64,000 bases of DNA from a virus, in IMG/VR virus record IMGVR_UViG_3300025120_014381, positions 1-64,000 of that record. One strand, 5' to 3'. Within the stretch, counting starts at the first letter, position 1. Every line of letters starts with the position of its first letter. Under the pieces are notes generated by a model, which did no database searches, was not told where the DNA came from, and worked only from the letters and a program-made list of their open reading frames with translations. The translations under genes were made by a program, and so were the position numbers. This document shows positions 57,203 through 64,000 of the stretch, one piece after another.

Positions 57203-57353
57203 TTTTTTCTCCCTTGTTTTAAAATAATATAGCTTAAAATAATTTTTCTAACTTAACTATAACTATCAACAACGAAACACAACTTCAATATATTTAGGTC
57301 AGTATTTTACTAACTATTAAGACCTCTGATTTATATATCTCATCTAAAAGTAA

Positions 57354-57581
57354 TTAATTTTTAAAAATAAGATTTTTTAAATTCTTAACGTGCGCATCAA
57401 ACTTTGCAGATTCTGAATTAGCAAAAGAAACAGCATGCTGTCCGGCTTCATTTTTTGAATCATCAAATTCAAAACGAAACCTTCCGTTTCTTTCCCTGTT
57501 AGCATTTAACAATTTCATACCCTTCATCATTAAAAAAGCGGCAATCGCAATATCAGACGTTACATAGATATTTTGACTCAT
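57354..57581 (-). CDS. Small DUF5659-like protein
   Basis: YVTSDIAIAAFL..KG..L....RFRFEF. Confidence 0.55.
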   Translation of the reverse strand: MSQNIYVTSDIAIAAFLMMKGMKLLNANRERNGRFRFEFDDSKNEAGQHAVSFANSESAKFDAHVKNLKNLIFKN

Positions 57582-58936
57582 GATACTACCTTGTTATACA
57601 TTGCTAACACTAAGCTGCCCACCTCGGGTACCGAACCGGTTGCAAAATACACATTAGAACCGGTGACTGAATAATCTTGAAAAGTTGTTAATCCGGGGGG
57701 TGTTTGGAGTTGTCCATTCACAAATATACTTATCTCGTTAGAAGTAAAAGGTGTATTTGCGAGAGTAAAAAGTGTGTTCAAACCATTGGAAGTTCCAGTT
57801 AACAATTCATTAAAGACAAACTCCTTATTGGTCTTTAATGACCCCGATATTTTTACATCACCCCCAAAAACTGTTGTGCCCTTGTCTGATGTAGAACCCA
57901 TCGAACTAATAGAACCTGATATAAAGAAATTATTATCAGTACCAGCAAAGCTAGGCAAACTACCATTAGCACCTGATCCGATTAAGACAGAGCCAGTGAT
58001 AGCTAATGCTATACTATTTGAACCGGCAACTTTTAATTGGATTGGCTGTCTGTCAACTGTTACAACAGCTCCTGCTCCTGCACCACCTTCATCATATGCT
58101 TGATCAAGCGTATTTTGTGTGTCAGAACCAGCACCACCAGTTGAGCTTATTGTGACTTGTCCACTAGAACCTGATGTTATTGTTACATTATTACCGGCAA
58201 CTAAATATGATTTACCGTCTGTAAGCTGTTGCAAAGATCCGGAGAGGGTGTTTTCAAAAAATCCTTCACTTGCAAAATTTCCAACATATGCGAAGGCTTT
58301 AGCGTGTGCAGGTATTTTAGACGAATTATAATCTTGTAAAAATAATATGCCATTGTAAAAATCTACATTCCAATCAATATTATCTAAAAGAGGTATTTCA
58401 TCGCCAATACCTCCCGAACCATCATCTTTGTAAATTTTTATTATATATGGATTTGGCGCAGTTCTTGAGAAAAAAGGTGGTATTAATTGAACACGACCTA
58501 AAGTTTCATGAACTGTTTTGTTATTGTTGAAGTCGCCGTTTCCTTTCTTAAGATTACTTGAATTTGATTGATAGTCTGATCTAAAAGCAAATTCATAAGT
58601 GTGAGGTCCAGAAGTTTGTGAAGCTTCGCCAGAATCTGACCCGGCACCACCATCAGGTGATGTTTCATTTGCGTCATATGTTGTACCTGCCAAAGAAGAT
58701 AAGGCAAAGTGAACATACTCAACTGTGGTGGGAGCACCGTTCGAGGCACTTTGAAGCAAATAAAGTGTTTGGGATGGACTGTCTGGTATTGATTGCCCGA
58801 ACAAAAGAGAAGAAGCCGCTTGGATATTGGATCCAATTAATTCCTCGCCATCGGTCTTTAAGTTTGAGGTGTGCGCCTTACCTAAAAGTTTCTTTTGGGC
58901 AAAAAATGTAGCTGAAGTATTACTTTTTCCTGCCAT
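57578..58936 (-). CDS. Virion structural protein
   Basis: SGSLQQLTDGKSYL, TLDQAYD.GG, FVNGQLQ; ATG 58936 overlaps the upstream stop. Confidence 0.65.
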   Translation of the reverse strand: MAGKSNTSATFFAQKKLLGKAHTSNLKTDGEELIGSNIQAASSLLFGQSIPDSPSQTLYLLQSASNGAPTTVEYVHFALSSLAGTTYDANETSPDGGAGSDSGEASQTSGPHTYEFAFRSDYQSNSSNLKKGNGDFNNNKTVHETLGRVQLIPPFFSRTAPNPYIIKIYKDDGSGGIGDEIPLLDNIDWNVDFYNGILFLQDYNSSKIPAHAKAFAYVGNFASEGFFENTLSGSLQQLTDGKSYLVAGNNVTITSGSSGQVTISSTGGAGSDTQNTLDQAYDEGGAGAGAVVTVDRQPIQLKVAGSNSIALAITGSVLIGSGANGSLPSFAGTDNNFFISGSISSMGSTSDKGTTVFGGDVKISGSLKTNKEFVFNELLTGTSNGLNTLFTLANTPFTSNEISIFVNGQLQTPPGLTTFQDYSVTGSNVYFATGSVPEVGSLVLAMYNKVVS

Positions 58937-61900
58937 TATCCGCTCCACGTGACAGTAATCTTATTAAGATATCCTGTCCAGTTTTTGTGTGCAGAAATTT
59001 TTACCACAACATACTCAGCTCCTGATGCAGTTCCGTCGACAGTCGATCCGTTAAATGTACAAACGTTTGTTGCATTCGACAAATCAACGGTAGAATCAGC
59101 ATCTCCAAACAAACAACCATCACCATCAGTAATATTACCAGAACCTGCTGAGGGTGTGCCTAGATCCAAAAATCCTGTTTTTCCTGGTACTTTTAACTCT
59201 ACAAAAATATTTTTATTTGAACCTAAGGAGGAAGATTTTCCAACTATGGTGGCATCTCCGTTAAGAACTAGTGTTATTCTTGCTAAGTCGTTTGATGTTG
59301 GATTTAAGAAACCTCTGTAATATTCCCTTGTTGACTCACTTAATGAACTATAATTTACATTGTTTGGAGGTCCATCAAATATGCCTCCATCAGAATAATT
59401 TCTAAAGTCACCGGCACTTCCTCCGTCGAGCGGACTTATTAATTTATTATCAAAAAGCATTAAACCATTAAAGTAATTTGGAAAATTAGAATTGTCATTT
59501 AACGATCCCGTAGATGACCATTTAAAGAGACCGTTTGTTACATTAGCTTGTGCTAAATAACTTCCACTTTGTATTCTAAATGATTCTCCACTAAAATTTT
59601 CAGTTGTATTGACATTTGAAGCGTCACTTGCGGAAAATACTAGTAAAATTGACGATGTCATTACCAAAGTGCTGTGTGTATCTAAATTGGTCTTCAAAGG
59701 ATGATCAAAGACTAATGATCCTGTCATGGACTTTCTTGCATAATTTGCGTATGTTCCTACAAGAGAACCGGTTGACGAAAATCTAAGTGATCCTGTTACT
59801 GTACAAGTTTGTTGCTCAGAATTTGTAGTTGTTTTTAACGTTTGAAGTGACGCAATTGATGCAACTGAAGTTTTTGTAGATGTTATTCCGGTACCTGACT
59901 GTATAATTTTAACACCACTTGCGTTTGATAAGTTTGCAAATGAAATTGCAGAATTACTGTCTGAATACACATTTCTGTAAATATTATTTACTTTTACCTC
60001 TAAACTTCCGCTAGGTTGGACAAAATATTTAACACCACTTAAATTAAATATTTCATCATCTTTTGCAGGTTGAAATTTTAGGTCTGTTATACTTAATCCG
60101 TTTGCATCATTGTCATTAACCCATTCGACATAATTTGTTGTTCTAGTACCCCATGACCCAACATGTTTTACTCTTGCATAATTCCAACCGTTTCTTTGAT
60201 GTGTGGTGTGCACCCTATATTTTCCAGTTCTTTGTATTTCAAGAAAGTGAGGTACTTCATTATCAAATTCTGCCGCTTTCCAGACGCTTAAATCAAAAAA
60301 TCCACTGTTGCTCGTAAATGTTGTACCTGTTCCGGAACCTGGGTTACCTGCACCAACGTTATCAAATGCACCTGCTAAATTTACTGTATGCACATTTGAT
60401 CCGTTTACTTCAAGAACTAAAGATCCGCTGTTTGCGTCAGAAAAAGAATTTGCAACAAAATCAGGAGAAGTAGCAGACACATCTTCATTTAAGTCACCTT
60501 CTATTACCGTGTCAAGTGCAAAAACTGACCTACGAAGATTATTTGAATTTGCTGACGTTTCATAAAGACCGTTGACGTCAACAGCTGCTTCTATACCGGC
60601 TGATGAACCGACACTGGTATAACCTGATATAGCTTTTGATGACCCAAATGATAGATTCGAATCTGTTCCATCATTATTGCAGTCGATATCGTCTAAGTCA
60701 GGTATTGCTGATATTGTTCCTGTACCTGCACCAAAAGAAACTGTTATACTGTCGATGTAACCTGACCAATCAGCGTCAGCTTCGACACGAACCCCAATGT
60801 ACTCATTATTACCTACACTAACTGTGCCTAAAGTAACAATGTTAGTTGCGTTTAAAGAATTATCAAAAGAAAGCGATCCGTTAGCAGTATGAGCCCCGTC
60901 ATTATCTTCATACTCATCTAATACAAATTCTGTTGCAAGATCTAACCAACCTGTTGATCTAGTGCCGTCACTTGGAAATTTTACAAAAACTCTTATTCTT
61001 CCACTATTGAGTACTGTTGCTGCAGGAACAATGGTCGACCCAGCTCCATTTATTGTTATAGAAAAATCTTGCTTATCTGAGCCAGTTTCATTTTTAAACC
61101 ATCTATAAAATGTTCGCTGGCCGGATTGTCCAGAATAATTAGGATTTTCACTTGGGGCATTATCTAATTTACCACCATCAGAAGTTGAACGAAAGTCACC
61201 AGATAAAAGTGTGTTGGTCGGAGAGTACAATCTACTATCATAGAACTGTAGACCGTTAGTATGTGCTCCATTAGAAGCAGTCATATGAACAGTACTGTCC
61301 CAAGCATTGTCGGAGTGTACTAAAGAAGCTTGTGTATCATAAGCACCACTAATAATTCTGTATTCTTCGCGTCTAAAATTCTCAACTAATGCTGTTGAAT
61401 TATTAGTCAAATTATACATTAAAATACCTGTGGCAACTGATTCGCCACCAGCAGACAAGTTTGTTTTAAAAGGATGTGTTACATTGATTGATGATGTCAG
61501 AGCGCCACTTAAAAAATAATTAGCTGATACTTGCCCGGAGCCGGTTACATGCAAAATCTTAGTATGATTTTCGCTAACACCAATAGTTGGTTTTGACTGA
61601 GCTGCTATGCTAAAAGAAGGGTTAGAAGATAGAAGTGAATTATTGTTAGTTGTAAAAGTTATGTTATTACTGTCGTAAACATTTCTATAAGCATTTTTTA
61701 CTCTTGTTTTGTATTCACCCGTACCACTTCTAAAATATTCAATTCCGGATAAGTGTATACTTCCACTCCCTTCGAAGCTAATTGTATTACCTTCAGCTGC
61801 TAAAGGAGTCGCTTCATCATCATTAACCCACTCTATATAATTTGTTGTGGTGGTTGAACCACTCTTAACATGTTGAATTCTCGCGTAATTCCATCCTCTG

Positions 61901-62733
61901 CGCTGACTTCCAGATGCAATTACAAATTGTCCTGTTCTATGTTTAAATGAATCAAAAGCGTTACCATTTGAAAACGTTCCTGTGGTAGGTAATGAAAATA
62001 AGTTAAAACCCGATCCATTGGCATCTAAGTGAGAACCGGTTCCTATACCTGATGAGCTGCTTCCAATTGATGCTACAGTCAAATCTATTTGTTTAACAGT
62101 CGTACCATTAACGTTTAACTTTAAAACACCAATATCACCATCACCGAAAGAAAAGGCAGGAAAATTTACTACATTATTTCCTTGACTATTTGCAGAAACG
62201 TCAGCATTGAGTGCACCGCTAATGTGTGTATCTCCGTTAAATGCACCCAGCCTTATACTATTGCTACTTGTCAAAACATTATATGCACCATTAACATCAA
62301 CAGTAGCTGCCACACCGGCTGTTGCAGCAACACTAGTATACGATGGATTACTAGAGGCTAAGTTATTAGAAGAGCCAAAAGATAAAAATAAGTTTGTGCC
62401 TGTTTGAGAGGAATTAATATCATCTAAGTTTGGTGCAGGAGATGGTGCCAGTGCTTTAAGTACTTCATTTATTCTATCAACTGCAGTCCCTACAGGAGTA
62501 TTAATTGTAAAGTCTGTAAAAAGACCATCTAAATAAGTTCCATCTTCAGCTTCACCAATAGCTGTTCCAGCATCTAAGCTTGCAGTAATGACAAAATTAC
62601 CTGACCCATGATCAGAGATAGTTATATTAGGACCAGCTTTTAAACTTCCTGATAAAAAACCGCCGAAACCGTCGGCAACCTGAATTGACCCTGCCGAGCC
62701 GGTAGACTCGTTTACTCTTAACGCTGTCATCAA
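58936..62733 (-). CDS. Large virion structural protein with an internal tandem duplication of about 590 aa
   Basis: P.LDDI...LSFGSS, GWNYAR..H, TNY.EWVND, HP.KTNL, GDFR each occur twice. Confidence 0.75.
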   Translation of the reverse strand: MMTALRVNESTGSAGSIQVADGFGGFLSGSLKAGPNITISDHGSGNFVITASLDAGTAIGEAEDGTYLDGLFTDFTINTPVGTAVDRINEVLKALAPSPAPNLDDINSSQTGTNLFLSFGSSNNLASSNPSYTSVAATAGVAATVDVNGAYNVLTSSNSIRLGAFNGDTHISGALNADVSANSQGNNVVNFPAFSFGDGDIGVLKLNVNGTTVKQIDLTVASIGSSSSGIGTGSHLDANGSGFNLFSLPTTGTFSNGNAFDSFKHRTGQFVIASGSQRRGWNYARIQHVKSGSTTTTNYIEWVNDDEATPLAAEGNTISFEGSGSIHLSGIEYFRSGTGEYKTRVKNAYRNVYDSNNITFTTNNNSLLSSNPSFSIAAQSKPTIGVSENHTKILHVTGSGQVSANYFLSGALTSSINVTHPFKTNLSAGGESVATGILMYNLTNNSTALVENFRREEYRIISGAYDTQASLVHSDNAWDSTVHMTASNGAHTNGLQFYDSRLYSPTNTLLSGDFRSTSDGGKLDNAPSENPNYSGQSGQRTFYRWFKNETGSDKQDFSITINGAGSTIVPAATVLNSGRIRVFVKFPSDGTRSTGWLDLATEFVLDEYEDNDGAHTANGSLSFDNSLNATNIVTLGTVSVGNNEYIGVRVEADADWSGYIDSITVSFGAGTGTISAIPDLDDIDCNNDGTDSNLSFGSSKAISGYTSVGSSAGIEAAVDVNGLYETSANSNNLRRSVFALDTVIEGDLNEDVSATSPDFVANSFSDANSGSLVLEVNGSNVHTVNLAGAFDNVGAGNPGSGTGTTFTSNSGFFDLSVWKAAEFDNEVPHFLEIQRTGKYRVHTTHQRNGWNYARVKHVGSWGTRTTNYVEWVNDNDANGLSITDLKFQPAKDDEIFNLSGVKYFVQPSGSLEVKVNNIYRNVYSDSNSAISFANLSNASGVKIIQSGTGITSTKTSVASIASLQTLKTTTNSEQQTCTVTGSLRFSSTGSLVGTYANYARKSMTGSLVFDHPLKTNLDTHSTLVMTSSILLVFSASDASNVNTTENFSGESFRIQSGSYLAQANVTNGLFKWSSTGSLNDNSNFPNYFNGLMLFDNKLISPLDGGSAGDFRNYSDGGIFDGPPNNVNYSSLSESTREYYRGFLNPTSNDLARITLVLNGDATIVGKSSSLGSNKNIFVELKVPGKTGFLDLGTPSAGSGNITDGDGCLFGDADSTVDLSNATNVCTFNGSTVDGTASGAEYVVVKISAHKNWTGYLNKITVTWSG

Positions 62734-62830
62734 CTATACTCTAACTAAAACTAAACTAAACTAAACATAAAAGAGAAGAATCTCTCGAACGTATAAATAT
62801 ATTTATCCGGGAAAAAAAGTAAATTCTTTT

Positions 62831-63724
62831 TTAATTAATCTCAGATAGAAGCTGCTGTATATCTAATCCTGCGCAATCTATTTTCTTACGTGTTAAATGA
62901 TAGTGGCTTACAAAACCTTTAAATCTGCCGGCAGCTGCAGAAGTTGAAACATTTTTGAGAGTGTTGCCTTCTTTATCTTTAGGACATTTTAAAGGAATTC
63001 CAACACCGACATTAATAGACTTCCAGAGTGCTTTCAAAGCTTCTAACTGGACTGGGTAAAATCCAGTAAAATCTTTAAGTGGTGCTCCGTGCACAGTTTC
63101 ACCGCTTATTATTGGCCTCTCTCCGTATCCATTTTTTTTGTACCAACCTTGATATTTAGGATCATATGCATTTGATATTTCTACCCCAATTGAATTGTGA
63201 TTAAGTTTCTTACTTCCAGCATGATAAGCAGCATGATTTGTGTCAAGTAGTTGATATATTGTACCGTCATTATCAATTAAGAAGTGAACAGCTAATCCTC
63301 GTTTTTCAAGTACTTTGTGACATGTCCTACTATTCAAACAAACATCCCAGTGATTTACAAACATGCTAATTTCTCTTGGCTCAAAATAAGATGTGTAACC
63401 TTTTCTAGCTTTATAACCTTTGTCTTCAGACCAAAGAACAACTTTTTCCCATTCAATTGGTATAAAATTTCCGTGGTGAACAATATGAGCGTTTTCTTTT
63501 GATTCTATAGTATCAGGCTCATAATCATCAATTTCACTCTGTCTTTCAGTAAATATTCTTCTGTGTGTCCCGGGACCGCACAATCCATCTGGTTTCAAAC
63601 CATTCTTCTTCTGCCAAACTTTAATTGCATCAATTAAATCTTCATCAAATTCATTACAGTTAAACCACTCAGGAGTCCAACCTAACTTAGCAGATGAACT
63701 CTCGTTATAAAAAATTTTATCCAT
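62831..63724 (-). CDS. N-acetylmuramoyl-L-alanine amidase with PG-binding domain (endolysin-like)
   Basis: WQKKNGLKPDGLCGPGT; HWD, HFLIDNDGTIYQ, AYHAG, SIGVEI, H..L...KID. Confidence 0.88.
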   Translation of the reverse strand: MDKIFYNESSSAKLGWTPEWFNCNEFDEDLIDAIKVWQKKNGLKPDGLCGPGTHRRIFTERQSEIDDYEPDTIESKENAHIVHHGNFIPIEWEKVVLWSEDKGYKARKGYTSYFEPREISMFVNHWDVCLNSRTCHKVLEKRGLAVHFLIDNDGTIYQLLDTNHAAYHAGSKKLNHNSIGVEISNAYDPKYQGWYKKNGYGERPIISGETVHGAPLKDFTGFYPVQLEALKALWKSINVGVGIPLKCPKDKEGNTLKNVSTSAAAGRFKGFVSHYHLTRKKIDCAGLDIQQLLSEIN

Positions 63725-63975
63725 CAGATACCTCTTTTTACGCGCTGTGTCAACAAGTAATAGTAGCCTTCATATTGATTTGCTGCAGAGGCAAGATAGT
63801 CATCCATGCCTAAGGTAAGTGCTCCACACTTTTCTAGAATTTTATATAATTCAGTTAAGTTTGCAATATGATTTCTCATATATTCTAAACCAATTCCTGC
63901 AATAGCGTCAGCACCTCTTCCAGCTGGAGTCTCATATTGGGAAAGAACTTTTGCTGCGATTTCAGTTATCATCAT
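63724..63975 (-). CDS. Hypothetical protein
   Basis: ORF track; coupled to amidase; may extend past the window end. Confidence 0.5.
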   Translation of the reverse strand: MMITEIAAKVLSQYETPAGRGADAIAGIGLEYMRNHIANLTELYKILEKCGALTLGMDDYLASAANQYEGYYYLLTQRVKRGI

Positions 63976-64000
63976 TGGACATGCGACGTCTTCAGTATCT

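Noticed and set aside
551-63502. Many short ORFs antisense or out-of-frame within long genes (e.g. 19722..20279, 50752..51123, 55335..55814)
   Set aside because: Shadow ORFs of well-supported genes, with no RBS or recognisable motifs
1-64000. Eukaryotic giant virus origin suggested by MBD4-, PMM- and Nei1-like genes
   Set aside because: Shine-Dalgarno sites, sigma factor, DnaE, tmRNA and peptidoglycan hydrolases indicate a bacteriophage
1-64000. Bacterial chromosome or prophage suggested by groEL, dnaE, iscU, apt and ssrA
   Set aside because: These genes lack their usual operon partners and are mixed with virion genes; no integrase or att duplication at the tmRNA is visible
1-64000. Stop-codon reassignment
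   Set aside because: Conserved genes are full length under code 11 and coding density is high; only the sigma/HTH junction has an in-frame TAA

Overview
AT-rich, gene-dense, almost entirely minus-strand segment of a large (jumbo-type) tailed bacteriophage genome. Evidence: bacterial RBSs, sigma70-like promoters, DnaE, an RpoD-like sigma, GroEL, tmRNA, tail-fibre-like genes and lysins, with no housekeeping operons. A CglF/GltF-like gene and a vWA lipoprotein suggest a Myxococcota/Bdellovibrionota host. Main candidates for new biology: (1) a nucleotide-metabolism cluster around dnaE that looks like an undescribed pre-replicative pyrimidine (probably cytosine) modification pathway, with a dNMP kinase fused to a minimal thymidylate-synthase-like domain carrying the cytidylate-specifying Asp, an atypical ThyX, a deoxyribosyltransferase, NDP-sugar SDRs, all-alpha dNTPases and MBD4/Nei glycosylases; (2) an apparently split sigma factor whose missing region-4.2 HTH seems to be encoded by the next, in-frame gene, together with a recurrent GTGTAA-N17-TATAAT promoter; (3) a shared N-terminal 'MK(I/L)TRxxLRxLIxE' leader on about 15 unrelated proteins, a probable capsid-targeting signal; (4) a phage-borne two-component cassette and gliding-motility-like genes. 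All family calls come from motif recognition by eye; no searches were run.
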